IMG/VR virus record: IMGVR_UViG_3300028886_000042
Reading direction: 5' to 3' (one strand)
Source of the DNA: a virus
Taxonomy: Duplodnaviria; Caudoviricetes
Length of the DNA: 64,000 nucleotides
Made by a program: the position numbers and the translations under genes. How positions within the stretch are numbered: the first letter of the stretch is position 1; the number at the start of each line of letters is the position of its first letter. A model generated the notes under the pieces. It was not told the DNA's origin. It saw nothing but the letters and a program-made list of their open reading frames with translations, and did no database searches. Shown here in pieces: positions 1 through 9,720 of this stretch.

Positions 1-763
1 TATCTTTAAGAATATCGTTAATCCATATCTTTTCTTGCATTGAAAATCTGTTATTATCCATTATTTGTTTTAAGTATTGGATATTTTTCAGATAAATGTA
101 AGATTCTTCCTTCTTAATATAACCATCTATATTTTCCCAAGCAAGGTAATCCTTAAAATCCATTAAATAAGCATATAAACCATTTGCAAAACCTTCACGT
201 TCTTCTTTAAAAGAAAGATAAAACATCATACCAAATAGTTTTTTAAAGTTCATTTCTTCTGATGAGTTCATATCTTTGCCATTCATTAAATCAATACTGT
301 AATCATAAAGGCTTTTGTCATTAAATGTACTACCTGATTTATTGGTTTCAAAATAATGATGGACTTCGTGTTGAATGGAATTTACATATTCATGTGTAAT
401 TAATTCATCATCAATTACTGTTAATGTTAGAAAAAAAGTACCGGTTTTCTTATTTAAAGCATTTTTCTTTAATGATAGATATTTCTTAATATTTTGTCTG
501 TAAGTTTGTGTTGTAAAATAATACATGGCTACATTGAACTTTATTAAATCACCAAATAAAGTATCAGTAAATTCAACATGTCTTTCAGGTACGTTCATTT
601 CATTATTTAACGTTTTTGGAACCCTCATAAGTTCTCCAAGAACCATATCACGTACACGATTTGTTTCTACAACCACTTCATCTAAGTTTACACCTTTTTC
701 TTCTTTTAATGAAATGATTTCATTATGCACATTTTCATTGATTTTAATTACATTCTTTTCCAT
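1..763 (-). CDS. Putative zincin metalloprotease-like protein (3'-partial, runs off left edge; absent from ORF track)
   Basis: ATG at 763 (MEKNVIKINENVHNEII...), frame open to the edge; SIQHEVHHYFE (HExxH, ~356-370) and downstream EEREGF candidate third ligand. Confidence 0.6.
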   Translation of the reverse strand, partial: MEKNVIKINENVHNEIISLKEEKGVNLDEVVVETNRVRDMVLGELMRVPKTLNNEMNVPERHVEFTDTLFGDLIKFNVAMYYFTTQTYRQNIKKYLSLKKNALNKKTGTFFLTLTVIDDELITHEYVNSIQHEVHHYFETNKSGSTFNDKSLYDYSIDLMNGKDMNSSEEMNFKKLFGMMFYLSFKEEREGFANGLYAYLMDFKDYLAWENIDGYIKKEESYIYLKNIQYLKQIMDNNRFSMQEKIWINDILKD

Positions 764-773
764 ATACTTGTCC

Positions 774-1175
774 TTATTTCTTTAATCCACTGTCATTGAT
801 GGTAATAACCAAATCCTCCGCAATGGGTACAAACATTTCACCTGACGGGAATTTCAGACCGTCTATTACGATTTCACCGTCAAATACTATCCTGAACTGA
901 CCTATATACGTACCGGCTTTATCTGTGTCCCTCTTTTTCCATCTGTATTCAATTACATATTCTTCCTCACAGCCGGAATCTTCCTTTTCAACAACATATG
1001 CAGGAGCATTCGCTATTTTCTTTATACCCGTTTCAATATCTGTCATTGAAAATGTGACAGTTGCCGACTGAAGTGCAAGATAAGCCTTGCGGAAGTCGTT
1101 TCTTCCGTCGTTTATTACCTCCATACGTAATGATGGAAGAGTTGAGCCAGTTGTAATGAAAAAATTCTGTGTCAT
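774..1175 (-). CDS. BppU N-terminal-like (Ig-like) virion protein
   Basis: FFITTGSTLPSL...IEYRWKKRDTDKAGTYIGQFRIVF pattern; late-type motif upstream at 1203-1210. Confidence 0.5.
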   Translation of the reverse strand: MTQNFFITTGSTLPSLRMEVINDGRNDFRKAYLALQSATVTFSMTDIETGIKKIANAPAYVVEKEDSGCEEEYVIEYRWKKRDTDKAGTYIGQFRIVFDGEIVIDGLKFPSGEMFVPIAEDLVITINDSGLKK

Positions 1176-1202
1176 AGGAAAAAATATACTGTTTTATATA
1201 AC

Positions 1203-1260
1203 ATAAATATATCTTTACGGACAGTTTTTGTAAATGATAAGATACTCTCAGATATTTATA
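1203..1260. promoter_or_regulatory. Divergent pair of putative late promoters (ATATTTAT on - at 1203-1210; ATATTTATA on + at 1252-1260)
   Basis: Motif in sense orientation 20-27 nt upstream of both divergent structural genes. Confidence 0.6.
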
Positions 1261-1280
1261 ATAATAAGACAGTTTTTGAG

Positions 1281-2444
1281 ATGTTATCAAAGGAAATAGA
1301 AAATCTTTTCAGAATGGTAAAGTCACGCCTCGGTGTATCTGTACGTTCCGTGGAACTTAAGGATGATACATTATGCGACCTGTTGAAGATTGCTGTAGGT
1401 GACTATACTGAAAAAGTACAGAATTTCATTATAGAAAATAACTGGGCACAATTATACGGAAAAAAATACAATAATCAGATAACTAATCAGGATATCGCCT
1501 ATGCTCTTACCGCAAGGTCACTTGATATGGTAAATGAATTCGGACAATGGTTCAGTCATAATGTAGGCTTGCAACAGACCGGAACGAAATGGGAACTTAA
1601 AAAGGATTTCTTTAAGATTGAAGAAGGCAGACAAGTGTATTTAGTACCGGCCGGTAGGGAAATAAACAAGGTACTTTGGATTACACCGCCTACAACACAA
1701 TCTGCTCTTTGGGCTAACTACGGAGGCTTCGCAACAGCATTCGGAGGAGGCGTAATGGGACAGATGGGATTAGGTGCTGCAAGCGTGTTCGGAGGTATAG
1801 GAAGCGGATATGGAATGGGTGTCGGAATGTGGGCATTGCCTATGGCAGATGTTGTGACTATGGCTTCTGACCTATCTTTTAAGAACCAAATGATTCGTAG
1901 TGATTTGGCTTATAAGGTAACGGCAGGGCCGGATGGTTCTCATCTTATTCATCTTATGTCAACACCCGGTAGTAAACTTACGTTCGGTGCCGGTGGTATG
2001 CCCGGTGTTTATTCATTAAAGGACTGCTATGTATGGTACACTTATTATGATACGGATGAAAACAATGTCGATGAATGCCGTAAGGATAATCCCTTTGTAA
2101 TTCTGTCACCCGACCAGGTTCCTATGGATGAACTTGAATATGAACTGTTGAACACACCTTCAAAGAATATAGTACGTCAGTTATTTACAGGTTTGGCAGC
2201 TGAAACGTTGGCATTGATAAGAGGCAAGTTCAGTGGTAATATCCAGATGATATCAAGTCCGCTGGTTATGGACTATGGTATGCTTATGACACTGGGTAAT
2301 AAAGAGCGTGAAAATGCTATGAATGATTTGAAGGAGAGGTTGCAGAGGATGTCACCGTATGAGGTCATGAAGAAGAATGCCGATATGGTTGAGGACTTGA
2401 GACGTATTCAGAAGGGTACTCCGTTGGGAATTTTTGTACGTTAA
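1281..2444 (+). CDS. Neck protein (T4 gp13-like head-tail adaptor)
   Basis: N-term SRLGVSVRSVEL and C-term LALIRGKFSG...LGNKERE pattern of gp13-like proteins; context. Confidence 0.7.
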   Translation: MLSKEIENLFRMVKSRLGVSVRSVELKDDTLCDLLKIAVGDYTEKVQNFIIENNWAQLYGKKYNNQITNQDIAYALTARSLDMVNEFGQWFSHNVGLQQTGTKWELKKDFFKIEEGRQVYLVPAGREINKVLWITPPTTQSALWANYGGFATAFGGGVMGQMGLGAASVFGGIGSGYGMGVGMWALPMADVVTMASDLSFKNQMIRSDLAYKVTAGPDGSHLIHLMSTPGSKLTFGAGGMPGVYSLKDCYVWYTYYDTDENNVDECRKDNPFVILSPDQVPMDELEYELLNTPSKNIVRQLFTGLAAETLALIRGKFSGNIQMISSPLVMDYGMLMTLGNKERENAMNDLKERLQRMSPYEVMKKNADMVEDLRRIQKGTPLGIFVR

Positions 2445-2487
2445 CAAATTTTAATTATTGAAAAATCATAATAAATGGAAAAAATAG

Positions 2488-2497
2488 TATCTTTGCA
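2488..2497 (+). promoter_or_regulatory. Bacteroidota -7 promoter element TATCTTTGCA; near-leaderless
   Basis: TAnnTTTG whose G lies 5 nt before the ATG at 2500. Confidence 0.6.
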
Positions 2498-2499
2498 GT

Positions 2500-4185
2500 A
2501 TGAAAAAAGAAGAAATTGAAAAAAGGGGTAAAGAGGTTCATAACGGTAAATACAGTTATATTTTCGATAAAGATGAGTATAGGGTAAATGATAAAATAAA
2601 ATGTATTTGCCCTATTCACGGTGTTTTTGAACAAGTGTTAAGGCATCATTTGAAAGGACAGGGTTGCAGACATTGTTCACAAATAAAGAATGCAAGTAAA
2701 ACACGTTTAACAATTGAACAATTCAAGGAGAAAAGTTTTAAAGTACATGGGGATAAATATGATTTATCTAAAGTTGATTATGTAAATGCAGATACAAAGG
2801 TTTGTCTAATATGTCACGAAAAAGATTATAACGGTGACGAACACGGCGAATTTTGGATGACACCAGCACATTATCTTTCAGGTGAACGTTGTCCTAAATG
2901 TGCAAGAAAAAAAATGTTAAAACAGGAATTCATTGACAAATGCAAAGAAAAATTTAAAGGACAGAATTTAAATTTTGATAATTGTGATTATGTTAATGAT
3001 AATACGAAAGTAACTTGTGTATGTGAAATACATGGTGAATTTCAGAAATACCCTTATCAGTTGTTGCGTAAAGGTGAAGGATGTCCTAAATGCAGTTTTG
3101 AGAAAAATTGTTTAAAAAGGAGGAAAACACAAGAAGATTTTATAAAGGATGTCGATAGAATACATGGAGATAAGTATGATATAAGTAATGTTACGTATGA
3201 AGTCGGATATAAAGTGATTTATCCTGTTTGTCATGTAAAATATAAAAACAGTACTGAACATGGTGCTTTTCCTATAATTGCTAATAATTTTCTACAAGGT
3301 TACGGTTGTCCTAAATGCAGTCGTTTACATTCTAATGTGGAAATAGAATTTTCAGATTTTATTTCATCTGTAGATAGTAATGTTGTAATTGAAGATAGAG
3401 AAATACTTGAAGGTAGGGAAATTGACTTATTTTTACCGGATAGAAAAATAGGATTTGAATTCGATGGTCTGTACTGGCATTCAGAAGTTAAGAAGAGTGA
3501 ATTTTATCATTTTGAAAAAACTGATGTTTGTGAGAAAAACGGAGTGAAACTATATCATGTATTCGAAGATGAGTGGGAATTTAAGAAGGATATTGTTAAA
3601 TCTAAAATAAAGTCAATTTTAGGAAAAACCGAAAATAAGATTTATGCAAGAAAGTGTTCGGTTAGGGAAATCAATTCAAAAATATTAAAAGAATTCCTTG
3701 AACACAATCATCTTCAAGGGAATGCAAATTCAAAATATCGCTACGGGTTATATTATAACGAAGAACTTGTTTCTGTAATGTCATTCGGTCATTTGAGGAA
3801 AAACCTTGGAAGTAAAAAAACCGAAAATACATATGAATTGCTAAGGTTCTGTAACAAATTAAATACAACAGTTGTAGGCGGTGCATCTAAACTACTTAAA
3901 CATTTTATTGAAGATATTAAACCGAAGTGTATAATAAGTTATGCAGACAGAAGATGGTCTGACGGAAATCTATATACAAAATTAGGCTTTACACATATTA
4001 GGAACAGTAAACCGAATTATTATTATATTGTTGGTCATAAAAGGGAAAACCGTTTCAAATACCGTAAGGATGTACTTGTTAAAGAAGGTTTTGACCCTGA
4101 TAAATCTGAAAAGGAAATAATGAAGGAACGTGGTTTTCTCAGAATTTACGATTGTGGCTCAATGGTTTTCAGACTTGATTTATAA
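2500..4185 (+). mobile_element. Free-standing Hef-like homing endonuclease: 4 DUF723-like Zn-finger repeats + PD-(D/E)xK/Vsr-like nuclease + GNAT/Mom-like domain
   Basis: Cx2H/Cx9H...GCPKC repeats; EIDLFLP..GFEFDGLYWHS; VVGGASKLL, ISYADRRWS, NLYTKLGF. Confidence 0.75.
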
Positions 4186-4216
4186 TTATATTATATACCT
4201 GTAATAAATCTGAATC

Positions 4217-4936
4217 ATGTCAAAAACAATTATCATAACAGAAAACCAGTACGAACAGTTGGTTAACGACCCTTTGCTTGATGATACACGTGAAGATTTT
4301 TCCTTTAATATACTGAAGAATTATTCATGGGAAAACTGCTGGGAGTTGGATGCCTATTGTCAGCGTTGCGGCTTGACTATGTTAGGAAGAGGTGCAGGAC
4401 GTATTGTGTATGCTTTGGATGACGGTCTGGTTCTGAAAATAGCAAACGGAGACTGTGGACAGAATGAATACGAGGTAAATGTATTTACTGATTTATCAGA
4501 TGAGTTAAAGGAACTTGTCCCTGTTATTTTTGCCTTTGACAAAAACCATATCAGACCTTTATGGATAGTTTCAGAGCGTGTTTTACCGGCTAAATATGTC
4601 GATTTCAAGAAAATATTAGGTATCGGATTCGGAGACTACTATTCAAGTCAGGATATAAGGGATGAGGAAGAAGATTTGATGACATATAATAAATATCCCT
4701 CAAAAGAACAGAATAATGACTTGACTATAACAGGATTCTTGGATGCATTTGAAGAAAAATCGATAAACGGAACACCATACAAAGAACTTATTAGGAATAA
4801 CCGTTGGTTTTCACTTCTTTACTACATGTTGAGTTACGGTTATGTTTCTTCATGGGAACTGGGTATCATTGAGAACTGGGGCTTGGTTCAGAGAAACGGA
4901 AAACCTGTTATTGTTATATTAGACATCGGTATCTGA
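4217..4936 (+). CDS. Protein-kinase-like (PKL-fold) protein
   Basis: LGRGAGRIVY Gly-loop, VLKIA, QNEYE, ENWG, terminal ILDIG. Confidence 0.6.
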   Translation: MSKTIIITENQYEQLVNDPLLDDTREDFSFNILKNYSWENCWELDAYCQRCGLTMLGRGAGRIVYALDDGLVLKIANGDCGQNEYEVNVFTDLSDELKELVPVIFAFDKNHIRPLWIVSERVLPAKYVDFKKILGIGFGDYYSSQDIRDEEEDLMTYNKYPSKEQNNDLTITGFLDAFEEKSINGTPYKELIRNNRWFSLLYYMLSYGYVSSWELGIIENWGLVQRNGKPVIVILDIGI

Positions 4937-5380
4937 TTCGGTTTCCTTTTCCACATATTTTAAGGACAGGTCACGTTGTGCAAACATTTTTTCAACGTCA
5001 TTTATATAATCTCCGAAATGTATGACTATTCTGCACGGTTCGGGATATTCCTCTGCATTGTCAAGATTCTCGTATGCTAATGCAACTATATGGTCTCTAC
5101 AGTCCTGCATACTGTAACAGCAGTTATCCTGTGCAAGGTCTAATATCAGTTCTGTCTTAAGTTCCTTTATATACTGATACATACTGCCGTCTATCATAAG
5201 CGAAGATATATTCTCATTACAGCTCGGTTTTTCAGCCCAACCTTCGGCAAATGTCTCTGAATCATCTTCTGAGAGCATAAAATGATATATATTCATTCCT
5301 TCTGAGTCCGTACCGACATATAATATGAATACGACTTTAAGATTATCCTGTGTAAATCCGTTTTCTATTTCCTCGAACAT
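4919..5380 (-). CDS. Hypothetical acidic protein
   Basis: 153-aa ORF, converges on and overlaps kinase stop by 18 nt. Confidence 0.7.
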   Translation of the reverse strand: MFEEIENGFTQDNLKVVFILYVGTDSEGMNIYHFMLSEDDSETFAEGWAEKPSCNENISSLMIDGSMYQYIKELKTELILDLAQDNCCYSMQDCRDHIVALAYENLDNAEEYPEPCRIVIHFGDYINDVEKMFAQRDLSLKYVEKETESDTDV

Positions 5381-5412
5381 GGTTTTTATCCTTTTTTTCC
5401 GGTTTATTATAA

Positions 5413-5919
5413 TTAATCGTTAAGCAGATATTTTTCTCTTATCTTAGTATATACTTCACCGCAAGCCCTTGCATCATCCAAGGCATTATGATGGTTTTTA
5501 AGCCTTACACCCAAATGTCTGCATATATTGTCAAGTTTATGGTTGCGAAGATTGTTAAGATATTTTCTGCTCAGTTTAAGTGTATCTATATAGATATACT
5601 TATTGTTTGTACCGAATTCCTCATTACATGCATTTATACAGCTTTTCTCAAAGGCTACATTATGTGCTATTATGGGACTGTCACCTATCATTTCGTCAAT
5701 TCTTTTCCAAACTTCCGGAAATGTAGGTGAATCCTTTACATCCTTGTAGTGCAAGCCGTGTGTCATTACACAGTGGTACTCCTCAAGTTTGGTTGGAGGA
5801 CATACAAGTGAATAGAACTCGTCAGTTATTCTGCCGTCCTCGAAAACAACACATCCGATAGAAATTACAGACGCTCTCCAATGCTCAAGTGTCTCGAAAT
5901 CCAAAGCAACATATCTCAT
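5413..5919 (-). CDS. DEDDh 3'-5' exonuclease (DnaQ/epsilon-like)
   Basis: VALDFET, AHNVAFE, IDTL, HNALDDA motifs. Confidence 0.9.
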   Translation of the reverse strand: MRYVALDFETLEHWRASVISIGCVVFEDGRITDEFYSLVCPPTKLEEYHCVMTHGLHYKDVKDSPTFPEVWKRIDEMIGDSPIIAHNVAFEKSCINACNEEFGTNNKYIYIDTLKLSRKYLNNLRNHKLDNICRHLGVRLKNHHNALDDARACGEVYTKIREKYLLND

Positions 5920-5937
5920 TGAAATTCAGTAAATATA

Positions 5938-6792
5938 TTATTCTTCCTTGTCCACGACTGTGATATTCTGAGGTGGTATAGGTTCAAGTGTATATATAGC
6001 AGGGTTGTCAGTCATTGTGTTTTCATCGAAATAGAACTTTATTCCTTTTTCAATCATATCACGTATATATACCATAAGCAGTGCATATTTCTCGTTTTTA
6101 CCTGTCTGTCTGAATGTGTTTGCAATTCTTTTCCATTTATCCGGTTTGTTTAAGAATAGATAAACCCTTTCAGGATGTCCTACAACCCTACCGTTAGCGT
6201 GTGGGGTTATGCCTTTTTCCATAATCTTATCCAAAACTCTTACAGGACAGATATGATAACAGTAGTCGTTAAGGCTTGAAGGTTTGAACTCTTCGTTGAA
6301 TTTCGGGTAAAATACTAAAGTGCATTGTCTGTATCTGTAATCATTAAACAGATTTTCATTGAATGTATTATATACTGAATAATTCCTCGTATCGATTAAT
6401 CCTGCATAATACCAGCCACAGGCATCCATGGTATGAATCAAATCGGTAATTGTTGCATAATCACATCTGATACCGTTTCGGAAAAACAAAGTAACCTCGA
6501 ACCATGAATTATTGTCACGTGTTGTTTTATCGGCTTTATTTGACCTGTTTCTGAACATAATAAGCATATCGTTATCCTTGTTCTTGTCAAAAGCCTCAAA
6601 GGTACATCCTATATTGTTTAAGTTATATCTTCTTCTTATAATCTCTCTTAGCCTCGGAAAAGCATATGTCATTGTCAGTCCTTCTGAAACGAGTTTTCTT
6701 TTCTCGAAAAAACTGTACAGGGGTATTGAAAACGATGATTCCAACACATGTTTAACCGATTCTACTATATCTCTTTCAGTTATCTTACGCAT
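5938..6792 (-). CDS. ADP-ribosyltransferase-fold (KptA/Tpt1-like) C-terminal domain protein
   Basis: YHICPVRVLDKIMEKGITP...RVYLF...IYTLEPIPPQNI. Confidence 0.55.
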   Translation of the reverse strand: MRKITERDIVESVKHVLESSFSIPLYSFFEKRKLVSEGLTMTYAFPRLREIIRRRYNLNNIGCTFEAFDKNKDNDMLIMFRNRSNKADKTTRDNNSWFEVTLFFRNGIRCDYATITDLIHTMDACGWYYAGLIDTRNYSVYNTFNENLFNDYRYRQCTLVFYPKFNEEFKPSSLNDYCYHICPVRVLDKIMEKGITPHANGRVVGHPERVYLFLNKPDKWKRIANTFRQTGKNEKYALLMVYIRDMIEKGIKFYFDENTMTDNPAIYTLEPIPPQNITVVDKEE

Positions 6793-7138
6793 TTTCTGTT
6801 ATATGCAGTAAATTGTTTATCTTAATTAAAATATAATGCCCGTCAATTTTTATTTCGGAGTCTGTTGTTATACGGTTTAATACCGTATTTACAGTTTCGA
6901 TATCTTCTTTTGTTACCGGTAAGAAAAGCCTTAGTATAATTTCGTTATTAACTGTGTTATAGAACAATTTATCATTTTCGTCGAGTAATACAGAGAAAAT
7001 ATGCAAAATATCTTCAAAAGTTACAACATATTCCCCTAACGTAAACTGATGTGTAAATATATATCCGATACACAACGGAAACATCGGGTCTATTGAAACA
7101 TTTTTACCTAATAAATATTCATACTTAAACTCGTCCAT
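6785..7138 (-). CDS. Hypothetical protein
   Basis: 117-aa ORF tightly packed in the minus-strand operon. Confidence 0.7.
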   Translation of the reverse strand: MDEFKYEYLLGKNVSIDPMFPLCIGYIFTHQFTLGEYVVTFEDILHIFSVLLDENDKLFYNTVNNEIILRLFLPVTKEDIETVNTVLNRITTDSEIKIDGHYILIKINNLLHITENA

Positions 7139-7144
7139 CCGTTT

Positions 7145-9103
7145 TTATTTGTTTATCTCTGATTTTATGGTTGCGTCCATGATAAGTCCCTTCCTCATGA
7201 CTTTTTCGAACATATCCTGTGAAATGGAATCGGTAAACAGCTGATAAATACATAAGGCATCTTCCTTCTGTGTTATTCTGTATATTCTGTCCTGCATCTG
7301 CCGGTTTGATGTTTCGAGCCAACTGTAACTGTTGAATATCATTATATGTGAAGCAGTAAGTGTCAGTCCTACGCCGGCAGATTCTATCTGTCCTATGAAT
7401 ACCTTAATCTTAGGATTTTCCATGAATTCCTTTTCTGACTTGTCCTTCTGCTTAGGTGTCATCTTTCCGTCATAGACAACGCATTTCTTACCGTAATACT
7501 CCTTGAATGTGTTTATTTCGCTTGTAAAGTTACATACTATGATAACCTTTTCACCGTCCTCTATGTATTCATCCGCAAGTTTTATGGTATTCGGTATCAT
7601 TTCCTTTGCAAGGAACTGTCTTACAAGCGAACCCTCAACCAACTGTCTGTATTCCTCGTTTGTGTTGTCACCGTTTTCCTCCTGTGCCCTTACATATTCG
7701 TCCCACAGTCTGTTGTACTCCGTCTTCTGTGCTTCATCAAGGTCATAGTACCGTGTATCTAAGAATTTGTTTACCATACCGCCTATTTCTGAGGCAAGTC
7801 TTCTGATATAGACGTGTTTTATCTTCTCCCTCAGTTCATTCAGATTCGTAGAACCTTGTGGTATCATTATCTTAGGACAGTTTTCACTTATATAGTCCCA
7901 AGCGTAGCCCTGTGATTTCATCCTTGACAGTTCTGACGGACTGTAGATTTCCTTACCGTCGCAGTACTTCTTGACATAGTAGTTATAATCATTCGTAACA
8001 TCCGCATCTATCAGTCTGAGAATATGATAAAGATTCATCGGGGTATTCGTAAGCGGAGTTCCGGTAAGCAGATACACATTCTTTATTTTTGATTTCCTCA
8101 GAAAATCATATATGACCTTGTAGCGTATTGAAGTGTTGTTTGACAGTTTCTGTGCCTCGTCTATGATAACACAGTCGAAACCGGAAGTGAATAACGGACT
8201 CTTAAGAAGTGCTTTTCTGATATCAGCCTTACGGTTTGACTTGACTTTCTTGTTAACCATAAGTCCGGTTTTCTTGTCCCTTACCATTACAGGAACCTTA
8301 AGTTTCTCAACCTCTCCGTTCTTACCGTGTATTTCCTCTATTCTGTATTCGTTCTCGTATGGTATTTCATAGTAGTTCTGAACGATGTCATAGTTTATTA
8401 CCGTGAACTTGCTTGTAGTACCGTCCCATTTGGAACCGCTTATGACAACAATATTCTCAGGTTTTTCAAACAGTGATATTTCACGTTTCCATGTAGATTT
8501 CAAAGAGGCAGTTGTTATAACAAGAATTTTTTCGAAACCTCCGTAAAGTGCTGATACACAGGCCGTCATCGTTTTTCCAACCCCCATACTGTCTGCTAAT
8601 ATACACTTTTTGTTGGCTGTAAGAAACTTTACACCCTCTTCCTGATGAGGCTTAAGTTTCATGCCGTATTCAGACAGTTTGTTGTTATACGGACTGAAGT
8701 CTATCTTGACAGACTTGTAATCCACAATGTGCAGTGGTGTAAGAAGTTTTCTCTTATTGATATACATAAGAGTAGGAGGAACTGATTTTCTGTATTGTGC
8801 ATAGCAGTGATATGAATTGCCCATTTCACCTATGACCTTGATAATCTTCAGTCTGTCGGGAATGAAGTCAAGCGAATAGTTCTCCTGTAACTCCTTTCCG
8901 AATTCCTCGGTTATCTTTACCACTCTGTTAACTTCATCCGTTACATAGTCATAGTTGTTCAGAATGTATTCAGTACTGAAACCGTCCTCAGTTAGAAGCA
9001 GTTTGTTGAGTGAATCCATCTTCTTGAAGTAGAGTATCTGATTGTTTGTTCCGTTATACTCCCTAAGTAACTTGTATGCCTTGCTTATATTACTCTTTTT
9101 CAT
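7145..9103 (-). CDS. SNF2-family (SMARCAL1/HARP-like) helicase; probable start MKKSN at 9103
   Basis: LADSMGVGKT, IIDEAQ, LTGTP, GVGLTLT, QMQDRIYR; promoter lies just upstream of 9103. Confidence 0.9.
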   Translation of the reverse strand: MKKSNISKAYKLLREYNGTNNQILYFKKMDSLNKLLLTEDGFSTEYILNNYDYVTDEVNRVVKITEEFGKELQENYSLDFIPDRLKIIKVIGEMGNSYHCYAQYRKSVPPTLMYINKRKLLTPLHIVDYKSVKIDFSPYNNKLSEYGMKLKPHQEEGVKFLTANKKCILADSMGVGKTMTACVSALYGGFEKILVITTASLKSTWKREISLFEKPENIVVISGSKWDGTTSKFTVINYDIVQNYYEIPYENEYRIEEIHGKNGEVEKLKVPVMVRDKKTGLMVNKKVKSNRKADIRKALLKSPLFTSGFDCVIIDEAQKLSNNTSIRYKVIYDFLRKSKIKNVYLLTGTPLTNTPMNLYHILRLIDADVTNDYNYYVKKYCDGKEIYSPSELSRMKSQGYAWDYISENCPKIMIPQGSTNLNELREKIKHVYIRRLASEIGGMVNKFLDTRYYDLDEAQKTEYNRLWDEYVRAQEENGDNTNEEYRQLVEGSLVRQFLAKEMIPNTIKLADEYIEDGEKVIIVCNFTSEINTFKEYYGKKCVVYDGKMTPKQKDKSEKEFMENPKIKVFIGQIESAGVGLTLTASHIMIFNSYSWLETSNRQMQDRIYRITQKEDALCIYQLFTDSISQDMFEKVMRKGLIMDATIKSEINK

Positions 9104-9123
9104 CGGAAAACCTTCTGAATATA

Positions 9124-9156
9124 TGCAAATATACGACTTTCGTTCCAAAGTGCAAA
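9124..9156 (-). promoter_or_regulatory. Bacteroidota sigma-A promoter TTTG-N19-TATATTTGCA for the helicase operon
   Basis: Exact consensus and spacing on the minus strand. Confidence 0.8.
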
Positions 9157-9157
9157 C

Positions 9158-9165
9158 TATTTATA
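9158..9165 (+). promoter_or_regulatory. Putative late promoter TATTTATA
   Basis: 21 nt upstream of ATG 9187. Confidence 0.6.
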
Positions 9166-9186
9166 TTTGAATTTTCATACACTATA

Positions 9187-9711
9187 ATGCCAAACAACAT
9201 AAATGCGCCGATAACGAGAAACAACAAGTTCTATTCGGAAGAGGATTTCGAATATGAGACTAATCTGCTGATGGAATACCTTGAGGAGGATTTGAATCAG
9301 ACGGTTGTCGTATATCAGGTTGACAGAGTAAAAACAAATGTAAGTGCAGTGTACAAGGAAGCTGAGGACGGTCATATAAGATTCAAGGCTCCGCGTGAAA
9401 TACCGTGTATGTATGAGATTTCGGAAGCAAACGTGAAAACATATGACTCAAAAACAAATACAGGTGTTTACGTGGTTAACGGAAATCTTACTGTATACAC
9501 AATGCCTATGATTCTTGAAAAATACAAATGCGACATAAGGCGCGGTGACTATATAGGTGTTCTGATAGATACCGGAAGAATGGTTTATTTCTCGGTAGTG
9601 AATGACGGAAAAGTGAACACTTCGAACAGAAACTATGTCGGAGCCTATAAACCGTCATGGCTTAAGATTGAATGTGCACCTGTTCCTGATAATGAATTTA
9701 ACGGAAAATAA
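9187..9711 (+). CDS. Neck/head-closure protein (T4 gp14-like); start corrected to 9187 (MPNNIN)
   Basis: FYSEEDF..LLMEYL..TVVVYQVD..VYKEA pattern; upstream in-frame extension overlaps helicase promoter. Confidence 0.6.
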   Translation: MPNNINAPITRNNKFYSEEDFEYETNLLMEYLEEDLNQTVVVYQVDRVKTNVSAVYKEAEDGHIRFKAPREIPCMYEISEANVKTYDSKTNTGVYVVNGNLTVYTMPMILEKYKCDIRRGDYIGVLIDTGRMVYFSVVNDGKVNTSNRNYVGAYKPSWLKIECAPVPDNEFNGK

Positions 9712-9720
9712 TAGTGAGAG

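Noticed and set aside
9076-9186. Track starts at 9076 (+) and 9148 (-)
   Set aside because: They overlap each other and the promoters; 9187 and 9103 fit better
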